A stretch of DNA of 64,000 bases, from assembly GCA_964202965.1 (NCBI GenBank), contig CAXNKG010000010.1:6190-70189 (forward strand), read 5' to 3'. Below the pieces are notes generated by a model, which worked only from the letters and a program-made list of their open reading frames with translations, did not search any database and was not told the DNA's origin. A program made the translations under genes and the position numbers. The stretch comes from Vicinamibacterales bacterium (lineage in GTDB: Bacteria > Acidobacteriota > Vicinamibacteria > Vicinamibacterales > UBA2999). Of this stretch, positions 34,613 through 45,435 are shown piece by piece (the stretch's first letter is position 1; each line of letters opens with the position of its first letter).

Positions 34613-35489
34613 GCGCCGGCCGACGGTGCTGGTGACGGGCGGCAGTTCACGAATCGGGCGATCGGTTGTCGGGCATCTCGGGACGACGCATCAGTGCATA
34701 TTCCTCGTCAACCGCGGACCGGCTCCGGTCACCGGGCCGCACGTGCGCACGCTGACCGGCGGGCTGGCCGCCGCCTCCCGTCACGCCGACGTCATCCAGT
34801 CTGCGGATGTCGTACTCCACATGGCAGGCGTGTCGCATGCGACAAACGACGAGGCCTACGCGGCGGTGAACGAACGGGGCACGGCGGCGCTGCTCGACGC
34901 GTGCGGCAGGACCCAGCCCGTCATCTATCTCAGTACGCGCTGTGCGGGATCGACCGGTGGAGCCTACGGTCGATCCAAGTACAGGGCGGAGGAGGCGGTC
35001 GTGGCCAGCGGCCGCCCGTACGTCATCATCCGGCCGGCCGAGGTCTACGGGACGCACTCGGGGGAAGGCATCGACGCGCTGATTGATCTGGCCCTGCGCC
35101 GGGGTGTCCTGATCGACTTCCGCTGGCAGCCTGAGATCCGCTATTCGCCCGTCTCGTGTGACGAGCTCGGGCGGTTCATCGCGAGCGTCGTCACGAACAC
35201 CGTGTCGAGCGACGTCTCGCATGCCGCGAAGACCTACACCATCTGTAACAACCGGTCGTACACGGCGCGAGACATCCAGGCCGCGATCGAGCGGAGGCGC
35301 GGCAGGCGGATCGTCCGGCTGCCGGTGCCGATCGGCGTGCTGAAGGCGTTCGCGTCGCTCCGGCTCCCGCTGCCGTTCGCGCGCGATCAGATCGAGCGAC
35401 TGATCATGGTGAAGCCGGACGACAATGGCCCCGCTCGTCAGGACTATGCCTTCTCGCCCCGATGCTTCCTCGAGTACCTGGAAGACTGA
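34602..35489 (+). CDS. NAD(P)-dependent epimerase/dehydratase/reductase (SDR)
   Basis: 295 aa. TVLVTGGSSRIGRSVVGHL, YGRSKYRAEE (YxxxK). Overlaps the preceding GT2 by 11 nt. Confidence 0.75.
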   Translation: MGDRRRPTVLVTGGSSRIGRSVVGHLGTTHQCIFLVNRGPAPVTGPHVRTLTGGLAAASRHADVIQSADVVLHMAGVSHATNDEAYAAVNERGTAALLDACGRTQPVIYLSTRCAGSTGGAYGRSKYRAEEAVVASGRPYVIIRPAEVYGTHSGEGIDALIDLALRRGVLIDFRWQPEIRYSPVSCDELGRFIASVVTNTVSSDVSHAAKTYTICNNRSYTARDIQAAIERRRGRRIVRLPVPIGVLKAFASLRLPLPFARDQIERLIMVKPDDNGPARQDYAFSPRCFLEYLED

Positions 35490-35490
35490 G

Positions 35491-37179
35491 ATGGGTGTGA
35501 CGCGACCGCGCGCGCACTGGGGCTGGTACGTATTCCTGGCCGCCCTCGCGGCCCATGTGTTGCTGCGCGCCAGCGTGCGCCAGATCTACGACACCAATTT
35601 CTACGTCCTCTGGGAGGCGACGGCCCTGCTGGCCGGCGATCATCCGTATCGGGACTTCTACCAGTGGGGCACTCCCCTGATGACGGCGGTGAGCACGGCT
35701 GTGCAGTGGCTCGCCGGCAACCGGCTGATTGGCGAGTTCCTGATCCACTGGAGCTTTCTGATCGCCGCGGTGCTCGTGGGATTCCACCTCGCGGTCCGCC
35801 TGTCGGGTTCGGTGGCCGCCTCCCTGACCACATCAATTCTCGTGGTCGCCGCGCTGGCGGCGACGCCGACGTTCAACTTCCCCAAACTGTTCTTCTACCC
35901 CGTCGCCGTTCTCCTGGGGTGGTGGTACATGGAGCAGCCCGGCCTGCGGCGTGCATCGGCGATGGGGCTGATCACGGCCGTGGCCTTCCTCTATCGACAC
36001 GACCACGGCGTCTACATCGGTGTGGCCTCCACGCTCGCGTTTGCGCTCACGCGCGTCATGACCCCGGCGTTGCGACAGTGGCGGACGGCGGCGGCCGAGA
36101 TGGCGGCCTACACCCTGGTCGCGGTGCTGGCGATTGCACCCTGGGCCGCCCTCGTCCAGGCGAACGAAGGCTTCGTGGATTACGTGCGCATGCGCGCGGA
36201 ACTGAATCGCACGTGGGCGCCCGACCGTTCGCCGTTTCTGCTGCTGCTCGATGTCAATCCCGCGCCTGTCCTCGCCGGACGACCGGCCGGCGAGGTGGAC
36301 GACGACGAGCCGCTGCGCGCGTGGCTGCCGCCGCGTGATACGGCGGCACACTGGCTGGCGCAGGTGTCGCTGCTGCTGCCGATGCTCGTCCTGCTGCCGG
36401 CGGCTCTGGACGTCGCCCGGCGGCGCCGGACGCGGAAACCGTTCGACCTGGAGACCTGCGGCGCGGTCCTGGCCGCCGGCCTGGCGCTGATCGTGGCCGA
36501 GCGTCTGTTCAGGCAGGACTCGTATTTCCTCTCGTCGCTGCCTCTGACCGCCGCGCTCGGGGCGCGGCTCCTGGCATCACGTTCCGTGGCGCGTCAGGTG
36601 ATTGCCATCCCGGCGCTCCTCGTCACGGCCATCGCCGTCCTTGGATTCGTCGACGAGCTCCGGCTGCTCAAGCCGCTGCGGGCCGAGGAGATTCCGCTGG
36701 ACCAGCTCCTGGCGTCGCCCCCGATCGATGCGTTTCAGCCCGCTGAACCGACCCTGGCGCTCGAGCGGTCCGAGTGGTTTGAGCGGGACGCCGACCGCAA
36801 GCAGCGCATCATGATGCGGTACGTCCACGACTGCACGCGCGACGGGGACCGCGTGCTCGTCACCGGCTCGACGCCGTTCCAGGTGGGCTACTACGTGGAG
36901 CGGCCGGTCGCGGGCGGTCATCTCCAGTGGCATCACAGGTGGCGGTCCGACCCGGCGCACGAGAGCCAGTCCCTGGCACTCATGGAGCGGCAGTCGGTCC
37001 CCTTTGCGTTCTCCACGCACGACCCGGTGCTGGAGGACTTCAAGGCGTACCCCCGCATCCATGAGTACCTCTCCAGGAATTACGTAGAACTCGAGGGGTC
37101 GGAAGGCCGGCTGCTCGTCGACACGAGGCGGACGCCGACGGGCACGTTCGGCCGTGTGGAGTTTCCGTGTTTTCGCTAG
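35491..37179 (+). CDS. polytopic membrane protein, novel paralog family, subfamily A (A2)
   Basis: Start is ATG 35491, 1 nt after the SDR stop. QIYDTNFYVLWEATALLAGDHPYRDFYQWGTP, FLYRHDHGVYI. C-terminal HDCTRDGDRVLVTGSTPF...VAGGHLQWHHRWRSD...VPFAFSTHDP...EFPCFR-stop. Confidence 0.8.
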   Translation: MGVTRPRAHWGWYVFLAALAAHVLLRASVRQIYDTNFYVLWEATALLAGDHPYRDFYQWGTPLMTAVSTAVQWLAGNRLIGEFLIHWSFLIAAVLVGFHLAVRLSGSVAASLTTSILVVAALAATPTFNFPKLFFYPVAVLLGWWYMEQPGLRRASAMGLITAVAFLYRHDHGVYIGVASTLAFALTRVMTPALRQWRTAAAEMAAYTLVAVLAIAPWAALVQANEGFVDYVRMRAELNRTWAPDRSPFLLLLDVNPAPVLAGRPAGEVDDDEPLRAWLPPRDTAAHWLAQVSLLLPMLVLLPAALDVARRRRTRKPFDLETCGAVLAAGLALIVAERLFRQDSYFLSSLPLTAALGARLLASRSVARQVIAIPALLVTAIAVLGFVDELRLLKPLRAEEIPLDQLLASPPIDAFQPAEPTLALERSEWFERDADRKQRIMMRYVHDCTRDGDRVLVTGSTPFQVGYYVERPVAGGHLQWHHRWRSDPAHESQSLALMERQSVPFAFSTHDPVLEDFKAYPRIHEYLSRNYVELEGSEGRLLVDTRRTPTGTFGRVEFPCFR

Positions 37180-37182
37180 CGG

Positions 37183-38229
<1,047 letters not shown>

Positions 38230-38243
38230 CTACACTGCCGTCG

Positions 38244-39656
38244 ATGCGTAGCCGGTGGGCGTGGGCCACACTCGCGGTCGCGGCCTCGCTGGCGCTTGGC
38301 CTGTCGTGGTGCATCATGCGCGGGCCGCTCACGCTGAACGATGGATTCGGTCCCATCCTCGAATCACGACTCTCCGAGAGCGCCCGCGACATCTACGAGC
38401 GCGCCATCTACTCGCGCGGATACTGGCGTCCCCTGCGCGTCGTGCAGATCAAGCTGGTCGTCGACGCCGCGCCCCCTGACTCCACGTCCGCCTTCAAGGC
38501 CATCCACGTGGGACTCACCATCGCCACGTTTCTCCTGTTCGCGGCGTGGATCCGGCCCCGCACGATGACCGAGTTCGGGGCAGCCGGGATTGCGTTGATG
38601 ATCGTGGCGGGACACCACTCGTTCTTCGTCCTGTTCAGCGAGGCGTACCCCATCAATCATTTTCTCGAGATCCTCGCGCTGGCGCTCGCGGTGGCGTGTC
38701 TCGCCCGCGGCGAGCCGCGGTGGTGGAAAGGCGTGCTCGCCGCGCTGATCGTGGCCATTGGCGCCGTGACGATTGAATCCGGTCTGCTGATTGGCGTCGT
38801 CGTCATCGCGTGCTGGATGGTCGGCTGGCGGGGCATCTCCGGCCGCGGGGTCGTGGCCGTGGTCGCGGTCCTGGCCGCGTACCTCTACGTGCGGTTCGGC
38901 GTGCTCGAGATTCCGTCGCCCGGCCTCGACGAACGGTCGGCTGGATGGTGGCTCGATCGCCTCGAGCCGCCGGAGCTCCTCGCGCGCTTCGGTGACAACC
39001 CGCTGCCCTTCTATGCCTACAACGTGATGGCGTCCGCGCTCGACGTGCTCTTCTCGGAACCGCGCACCGGAAGCTGGCTGATCGCACGCCGCTGGGTCGA
39101 GGACAACATGCGGCCCTGGAACTACGTGCATCTCGTCTCCAGCCTGCTGGTGACCGGGGCGCTCGTCGCGGCGCTCGTGCCGGCCCTGGCGCGCTGGCGG
39201 GCACGCGCGCTCGAGGACCGCGATCGGTTCGTCCTGGTCGCGTTCATCATGGTCGCCGCCAACAGCGTCATGAGTTTCGGGTACGTGAAGGACGAGGTCC
39301 TGAGCGTGGGAGCGGTGTTTTACGCCGGCGGCGCGTTTGCGATCCTCGCCAGCCTGGCCGATCGCGTCAACGGCGGGGTGATTCGCCGCACCGCCGTCAT
39401 CGTGGTGCTGCTGGGAGCGTCGATCCTGTGGAGCAGCCGCGCGGCCGCCACCTTCTTCTCCCTGCAGGCCTCCGCGTTCAAGGTGTCAAACGACTGGGCC
39501 CAATACTCCCTCGACAGCGAGTCCGAGGAAATCCGAAACACCGAGGCGACCCGCCGCGCCTACGAAGCGATGCGCGCCCGGAGCCTCTCCTTCGGCGTCC
39601 CCCATCCAGTCTTTACGAAGCAACAGCGTGTGGACCGGTACCTCGAAGTCCAGTAA
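38244..39656 (+). CDS. polytopic membrane protein, possible PMT/TMTC-like GT-C enzyme
   Basis: 470 aa, many hydrophobic helices. The first loop LTLNDGFGPILESRL...IYSRGYWRPLRVV recalls the DD...YYRPL loop of PMT_2/TMTC-type proteins (from memory, weak). TACACT lies 7 nt upstream of ATG 38244. Confidence 0.65.
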   Translation: MRSRWAWATLAVAASLALGLSWCIMRGPLTLNDGFGPILESRLSESARDIYERAIYSRGYWRPLRVVQIKLVVDAAPPDSTSAFKAIHVGLTIATFLLFAAWIRPRTMTEFGAAGIALMIVAGHHSFFVLFSEAYPINHFLEILALALAVACLARGEPRWWKGVLAALIVAIGAVTIESGLLIGVVVIACWMVGWRGISGRGVVAVVAVLAAYLYVRFGVLEIPSPGLDERSAGWWLDRLEPPELLARFGDNPLPFYAYNVMASALDVLFSEPRTGSWLIARRWVEDNMRPWNYVHLVSSLLVTGALVAALVPALARWRARALEDRDRFVLVAFIMVAANSVMSFGYVKDEVLSVGAVFYAGGAFAILASLADRVNGGVIRRTAVIVVLLGASILWSSRAAATFFSLQASAFKVSNDWAQYSLDSESEEIRNTEATRRAYEAMRARSLSFGVPHPVFTKQQRVDRYLEVQ

Positions 39657-41562
39657 GTTCGCGGCCGCCGGCGTCTTCATCGCGGCCGCCGGCTGGCGTG
39701 TGCTGACGTTCTCGGGATTCCAGAACGACCATTACGTGCATCTCGCCCGCGCCCAGCAGGTGGTGCTCGGGGACCTGCCCGTGCGCGACTTCGTCGATCC
39801 GGGAATGCCGTTGATGTACCTCACGTCCGCGGCGGCCTGGATCGTGGCTGGCGGATCCCCGGGCACGGAACTGCTGCTCGTCGCGCTCGGCTTCGCGATT
39901 GGTGCGGCATGCACCGTGGTCGTCGTGCACCGCCTGACGGGATCGGTGCTCGTGGCCATTGGCGCGGCCGCCCTGGAAGTGCTCATGGCCCCCCGCACCT
40001 ACAGCTATCCGAAGGTCCTGCTCTATGCCCTGGCGGCCTGCGCGATTGTCGCCCTCGTGGAATCGCCGTCACGCTTGAGAGTGTGGTCCGCGGCGGCGAT
40101 CGCCGCGGTGGCATTCCTGTTCAGACACGACCACGGGGTCTACATCGGCGTCGCAGCGGCCGTGGCCCTGCTGCTCGGCGGCTTTGGCGGCGGCCTTGGC
40201 AGCAACCTTCGCGCGAGCGCGACGCGCGCCGCGCTCTTCGCCGGCGTCGCGGCGCTGCTGGTCGCACCGTGGCTCGGATTTGTGGCCTACCACCAGGGAC
40301 TCCGTGACTACGTCGTATCAGGCCTGGCGTTCTCACGGGCCGAGGCGGAACGCAATCGCGGACCGCTGCAACTGCCTGCGCTCCGGCTTCCGCTCTCGGA
40401 GCTGGTGTCGGTGGCACCGCCGTTCCGGCCGAGGGCGCGGATCGAGTGGGTGCCGGGAATTCCGGATGCCACCCGGCAGCAACTGGAGACACGATACGGC
40501 CTCGAGCCGGCCGCCCTGGATGAAGAGGGCGCAGCCCGTGACTACCACGCCAGGCACCTCTCGCCCGACGAGGTGCGCGCGCTGGCCGAAGACCCGAACG
40601 TCGGGGACGCCCAGGGCCTCGATCGCTTCACGGAATGGTCGGACCGCGACGCGCTGATGGCACGGCTCTCCCCGGCGCGCGTCCGCGTCGGCCCGGGTTC
40701 GACGGTGCCGGACAACGAGTACGTCTGGCTGCTGTATGTGTTCTACCTGCTCCCCTTCGTGTGCGTCGTGAGCGCGTGGCGGCGAGCGCGCAACGGGACT
40801 GCGGCGGCCGCCCACGAATGGCAGAGCATCGCGGCGCTGGCGGTGCTGGCGATGCTGGTGAACATGGGGCTGCTGCGCGGAACCCTGTCGGTGTGGCTGC
40901 CGGACGGAATCGCGCTCCCGGCCATACTCGGCGCCTGGCTCGTGGCTGCCATGTGGAACAGCCGCCGCGGGCGAATCGGCCTACGGGCCCTCGCCGTCGT
41001 CCTCGTGGCGCTGACGGCCGCCGCGGTCTGCCGCGCCGGGGACCTCGACTCGCAGATCGACCGCAGTGGTCTGCAATCGGGCCTTGGACCGAGGGTCGCC
41101 AGGCTGCACTCGCAACTGTGGGGCACGCATCGTGCCGCCGGCATGACGCCGAGCGGAGTGAGCAACGCCCTGCTGCCATTTTTTGAGTACCTGGCGCGCT
41201 GTACACACCGCGACGACCGGTTCCTGATGGCGCAGCTCTACCCGGATGTCTTCGTGCTGGCGGAGCGTGGATTCGCCGCCGGCCACGTGGCGTTTCTCGA
41301 GGGGTTCTACACCTCTGAGGCGGATCAGCAGCTGGCTCTCGCGCGGATGCAGCGCGAATCGGTACCGTTCGTCCTGCTCATTCGGAACCGTGAAGATGTG
41401 TTCCGGGACAATTTCGACCTCCTCCAGCGGCACATCGACGGGCGCTATCGGCTCATGGCGGACTTTCCAATCGAAGAGACAGATGCCGTGAACGCGTACG
41501 TCGACGCGACACGGGCGCCGCTCGGAACCGACCCCTCAACGGGGTGGCCCTGCTTTCAGTAG
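39628..41562 (+). CDS. polytopic membrane protein, novel paralog family, subfamily B (B2)
   Basis: 644 aa. WRVLTFSGFQNDHYVHLARAQQVVLGDLPVRDFVDPGMPL, FLFRHDHGVYI. C-terminal LARCTHRDDRFLMAQLYPD...FAAGHVAF...VPFVLLIRN...TGWPCFQ-stop. GTG start overlaps the previous gene by 29 nt. Confidence 0.75.
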   Translation: MWTGTSKSSKFAAAGVFIAAAGWRVLTFSGFQNDHYVHLARAQQVVLGDLPVRDFVDPGMPLMYLTSAAAWIVAGGSPGTELLLVALGFAIGAACTVVVVHRLTGSVLVAIGAAALEVLMAPRTYSYPKVLLYALAACAIVALVESPSRLRVWSAAAIAAVAFLFRHDHGVYIGVAAAVALLLGGFGGGLGSNLRASATRAALFAGVAALLVAPWLGFVAYHQGLRDYVVSGLAFSRAEAERNRGPLQLPALRLPLSELVSVAPPFRPRARIEWVPGIPDATRQQLETRYGLEPAALDEEGAARDYHARHLSPDEVRALAEDPNVGDAQGLDRFTEWSDRDALMARLSPARVRVGPGSTVPDNEYVWLLYVFYLLPFVCVVSAWRRARNGTAAAAHEWQSIAALAVLAMLVNMGLLRGTLSVWLPDGIALPAILGAWLVAAMWNSRRGRIGLRALAVVLVALTAAAVCRAGDLDSQIDRSGLQSGLGPRVARLHSQLWGTHRAAGMTPSGVSNALLPFFEYLARCTHRDDRFLMAQLYPDVFVLAERGFAAGHVAFLEGFYTSEADQQLALARMQRESVPFVLLIRNREDVFRDNFDLLQRHIDGRYRLMADFPIEETDAVNAYVDATRAPLGTDPSTGWPCFQ

Positions 41563-42735
41563 ATGGACACCCCCCACTTCTCCCTGGTCATCCCCGCGTA
41601 CAACGAGTCCGGCCGGCTGCGCCACACCCTTCAACAGTGCGTCGCGGCCCTCGACACACATCCGCCCGGGTGGGAAATCATCGTCGTCGACGATGGGAGC
41701 ACCGACGACACCAGGATGGTCGCGGCGGAGGCAGCGGAACGGGACGCCCGGATCCGCGTGCTGGCGGCGCCGCATGGCGGGAAGGGGGCGGCGGTACGGC
41801 GGGGCATGCTGGAGGCGCGAGGCCGCTGGCGGTTCTTTGCCGACGCCGACCTCGCCGTCGGCCTGGAGCAGCTCCCACGTTTCTTTGAGGCCGATGGCGA
41901 CGTCGTGATCGGATCCCGCGAGGCTCCGGGCGCGCGGCGGATCGGCGAACCGGTCTTCCGTCACCTGGTCGGACGCGCGTTCAACCTGATCGTGCGCCTG
42001 ATTGCAGTACGAGGCATCCGGGACACACAGTGCGGCTACAAGTTGTTCTCAGCACGTGCGGCTGAGCTGCTGTTCCCCCTGTCGCGGCTCGACGGATTCG
42101 CCTTCGACGTCGAGCTGCTGTTCCTGGCGCGCCGCAACGGCTTGACAGTACGTGAGGTCCCCGTCACGTGGCACCATCGCACGGGCAGCCGCGTGCGGCT
42201 CCAGGCCGGCCTCATGGCCTTCGCGCAGGTCCTGCAGATTCGCGGGAACGACCTGCTTGGCCGGTATGATCGAGGGATGCGCTCGTCGCCACCGGCGAAT
42301 CGTGTGCTGCCCGGATGGGTCATGGCCGTTCCGCCGATGCTCGTGGCTGCCTTTGCGCTGCTGCTGGGCCTCGGCGTGCCGCCCGTGACTCGCTGGTTCT
42401 GGCCCGCGTCGGACACCAACATCGTCGAAGCGGCGTTTGTCAGGGACGGCGCGCGCGTGCGCGTGCTCGCCGCGCGGGGTGCGTCGATCGATGACGCGCA
42501 GCGCGTGCGCCCGGGGCTGCTCGACAGCGACGACCCCCGGGTAATGACGCCGCTGGAGGCCGCGGTGCGCGGCCGAAGCGACGAAGTGGTCCGGGTTGTC
42601 CTCGAGCTCGGCGCGAAGGCTGACGCCGACGAAGCGAAGCGCCTGCAGTGCGTGGCGCTGGAGGAAGGCGTCGACGGTGCCGCTGCGCTGCTCGGCGAGG
42701 CGTTCGGGCTGGCGGCTCCTTCCTGCGGTCAATAA
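41563..42735 (+). CDS. GT2 glycosyltransferase (Alg5/DPM1-like) + TM segment + ankyrin-like C-terminal repeats
   Basis: FSLVIPAYNESGRL, IIVVDDGSTDDT, FADADLAVGLEQ, IRDTQCGYKLFS. Then a helix WVMAVPPMLVAAFALLLGLGV, then RVMTPLEAAVRGRSDEVVRVVLELGAKADA (ANK consensus-like). ATG directly follows the TAG of B2. Confidence 0.8.
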   Translation: MDTPHFSLVIPAYNESGRLRHTLQQCVAALDTHPPGWEIIVVDDGSTDDTRMVAAEAAERDARIRVLAAPHGGKGAAVRRGMLEARGRWRFFADADLAVGLEQLPRFFEADGDVVIGSREAPGARRIGEPVFRHLVGRAFNLIVRLIAVRGIRDTQCGYKLFSARAAELLFPLSRLDGFAFDVELLFLARRNGLTVREVPVTWHHRTGSRVRLQAGLMAFAQVLQIRGNDLLGRYDRGMRSSPPANRVLPGWVMAVPPMLVAAFALLLGLGVPPVTRWFWPASDTNIVEAAFVRDGARVRVLAARGASIDDAQRVRPGLLDSDDPRVMTPLEAAVRGRSDEVVRVVLELGAKADADEAKRLQCVALEEGVDGAAALLGEAFGLAAPSCGQ

Positions 42736-42771
42736 CGCCGCGCGACCATCCCTCATGGAAACGGAACGGTA

Positions 42772-43752
42772 ATGGACACCATGTCGACAGTGAAGCGGAT
42801 GACGGCGCCATATGAGCGCAAGGCGCTCGTCAGGCCCAACCTTGCGTACTACATGTGGCGGTTCGTCGGGAACGGCAGGCGTGCTGCCCTGAAACTCGCC
42901 TCCCGGCCGCGGCATACTGACGCGCGCGGGATCGCGCGAGAGCTCCTGAAACAGGGGATATCGGTGGCCCCGTCCTCCCGGTTCCTCAGTGATGAAGGAT
43001 CCGCGGCCCTGGCGGTGGCGGCCGCCGAGATCATCGCGCAGAGCCGCAGCGAAGACGTGCAGGCGATTGTCGCCGGGACGCGCGCCGCCTCGCACGGCAA
43101 GAAGGCCTTCCTCGTTGACCTGGTCCGGCAGGGGCGGCTGCCGGCGGATTCCCCGCTGCTGAAGGTCGCGCTCGACGTGAAGCTGCTGGAGATCGTCGCG
43201 TCGTATCTCGGCCTGTGGCCGTGCCTGCACGCGGTCGCCGGCTGGCTCAACTACTCGACGGACACGCCGGCTGAAACGTCCCAGCTGTGGCACCGTGACC
43301 CTGAGGATCTCAAGCTCGTCAAGGTCTTCATCTACCTGGAGGATGTGGAAGAGGCGCAGGGTCCGTTTACCTATATTCCGAACACGCAGCCTTTCGGCTC
43401 CCGCGCGCCGCAGGCGCTCAAGTGCCAGGCGAAACGAGTCGATGACGAGCGCATGCGGCGGTTCTTCTCGCCCGAGCGCTGGCGGGTCTGCACGGGACCG
43501 GCTGGAACGATGATCCTGGCCGATACGGTGGGGTTCCACCGCGGAGGCAAACCGACGACAGGTACCCGCCTGCTCGTCACGTTTACCTACACGTCCGCGG
43601 TTGCCTTCGTCGAGCGATCGGTGGGCGTGACCACGATGCCGACCTGGATCTCGACCGGGATCCAGCGCTACGCCATCGAGCCGGCCGTGCGGGGCTCCGC
43701 CTCGGCGACTGGAAAACGCGCGCGGACGGCAGCGCCCGACGCCTCAGCCTGA
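42772..43752 (+). CDS. PhyH-family Fe(II)/2-oxoglutarate dioxygenase-like protein
   Basis: 326 aa. LWHRDPEDLKLVKVFIYLEDVEEAQGPFTYIPNT (HxD) and distal VGFHRGGKP. This is the typical facial-triad arrangement of phytanoyl-CoA dioxygenase-like enzymes. Confidence 0.7.
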   Translation: MDTMSTVKRMTAPYERKALVRPNLAYYMWRFVGNGRRAALKLASRPRHTDARGIARELLKQGISVAPSSRFLSDEGSAALAVAAAEIIAQSRSEDVQAIVAGTRAASHGKKAFLVDLVRQGRLPADSPLLKVALDVKLLEIVASYLGLWPCLHAVAGWLNYSTDTPAETSQLWHRDPEDLKLVKVFIYLEDVEEAQGPFTYIPNTQPFGSRAPQALKCQAKRVDDERMRRFFSPERWRVCTGPAGTMILADTVGFHRGGKPTTGTRLLVTFTYTSAVAFVERSVGVTTMPTWISTGIQRYAIEPAVRGSASATGKRARTAAPDASA

Positions 43753-43827
43753 CGAATCGAGAGCCAGACTCTGACCGCCCCGCACGCCCGCGCGACTCGT
43801 ACCTTCCCGATCATCGTCGCGACGGTA

Positions 43828-45435
43828 GTGGCCACCGTGCTCGTCCTCACGGCTGAGACCCAGCTGTACGATTCGAACTTCGTCTCGCTGTGGGAGGGCG
43901 CGGCGCTGTTGGCCGGCGATCATCCGTACCGGGATTTCTACGAATGGGGTGCGCCCCTGGGCGCGTACGCCTCGGCAGGCATGCAAGTGCTCGTCGGTTA
44001 CCGCCTTATCGGCGAGTTCCTCCTGCAGTGGACGTGTATCGTCCTCGGCGTCGTGATCGCGTTCCGGCTCGGCCAGCGGCTGTGCCCCTCGGTGTTCCCG
44101 CTGGCGATCATGCTGGTCATCACCGCGATCATCCTCGCATTCACGCCGACGTACCACTACTCGAAGCTCTTCTTCCTGCCGCTCCTGGTGTGGCTCTCGT
44201 GGTCGTACATCGAGCGTCCAGAAGCTCGGCGCAGTGCGATTTTCGGAGCCGCCACAGCGGTCGCCTTTCTCTTCAGGCACGACTACGGTGTGTACGCCGG
44301 CAGCGCATTTCTCCTTGCGCTGGCGCTCGCCCGCCTCGCGGAACGCGAATCTCGCCGCCTGCGGTCGGTGGCCGGCGACGTGGCTGCGTACGGGATCGCG
44401 TGCGGCCTGCTCGTGCTCTCATGGGCCGCAGTCGTCCAGGCGAACGAGGGGCTCCTGGACTTCGTCCGGATGCGCGGGACCCTCTTCCAAAGGGAGCATC
44501 AGAGCGGCTTCTTCTACATGGTGCTCGCCCAGGTAAACCCGGTCGCCACCGTCTCGGCCTGGCTGGCGTCAGGAGAAGCGCCTCGCGAAGCAACGAACCA
44601 GAGCGCGATCTGGATTCAGCAAATGGCGCTGCTCGTCCCGCTGCTGCTGCTCGGAAGCGCCGCCCTGACCGTTCGCCGCGCGCGGTACAGGCTCGAGGCG
44701 GTGCCGGTCGACACCTGGCTCATAGCTTCCGCAGCCACATTCCTGATCCTCGTCGATTCATTTCTGCTACGGGAGGCGCCGTATGTGGTGACCGTGGCGC
44801 CCATGACGGCCGCGCTCAGCGCGCGGTTCCTTGCGGCGCGGCAGCCTGTGCTGCGGATCTGCGCTGCCGCCGTGGTCGCGCTCACCGCTACGGCGGCCGT
44901 CATGTGGACGCGCGACCTTCCGCTTTACCGGCCGTCAGAAGTCCTGGCGTCGTTCCCGGGCGCCGTCGACCAGTTGTTCGCGTCGCCGCCGGTCTCGGCG
45001 ACCGCCCCGCTGGACGGCAACCCTGCGCTGTCGCTCCAGTACCTCCACGACTGCACGGCGCCAGGCGATCGAGTGCTCGTCACCGGATCGACGCCGTTTC
45101 AGGTCCCGTACTATGCCCGTCGCCCCGTTGCGGGTGGCCATCTCTACTGGCACCATGGGTGGCGTGCCGATGCGGCCCACGAACAGCAGTTGCTATCGCT
45201 GCTCGAACGGCAGTCCGTCCCGTTCGCCTTCTCCACGACCGATCCAATTCTGGACTACCTGAAACGGTATCCGCGAATTCGGGAACACCTCTCGGCGAAC
45301 TACGTGGAACTCGAAGGAAGCGGGGGCCGGCTACTGATCGATTCCCGGCGGCAGGCAACCGGCACCTACGGCGCTGGACGTTTTCCCTGCTTTGCCGGCG
45401 GGGACCGGGCCGGCGCGATCAGCTCCGGCCCTTGA
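43828..45435 (+). CDS. polytopic membrane protein, novel paralog family, subfamily A (A3); true start probably upstream of the first canonical start codon
   Basis: QLYDSNFVSLWEGAALLAGDHPYRDFYEWGAP, FLFRHDYGVYA, HDCTAPGDRVLVTGSTPF...VAGGHLYWHHGWRAD...VPFAFSTTDP...RFPCF plus 14 extra residues. GTG 43828 would cut the first TM helix in half (see finding at 43750-43830). Confidence 0.75.
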   Translation: MATVLVLTAETQLYDSNFVSLWEGAALLAGDHPYRDFYEWGAPLGAYASAGMQVLVGYRLIGEFLLQWTCIVLGVVIAFRLGQRLCPSVFPLAIMLVITAIILAFTPTYHYSKLFFLPLLVWLSWSYIERPEARRSAIFGAATAVAFLFRHDYGVYAGSAFLLALALARLAERESRRLRSVAGDVAAYGIACGLLVLSWAAVVQANEGLLDFVRMRGTLFQREHQSGFFYMVLAQVNPVATVSAWLASGEAPREATNQSAIWIQQMALLVPLLLLGSAALTVRRARYRLEAVPVDTWLIASAATFLILVDSFLLREAPYVVTVAPMTAALSARFLAARQPVLRICAAAVVALTATAAVMWTRDLPLYRPSEVLASFPGAVDQLFASPPVSATAPLDGNPALSLQYLHDCTAPGDRVLVTGSTPFQVPYYARRPVAGGHLYWHHGWRADAAHEQQLLSLLERQSVPFAFSTTDPILDYLKRYPRIREHLSANYVELEGSGGRLLIDSRRQATGTYGAGRFPCFAGGDRAGAISSGP

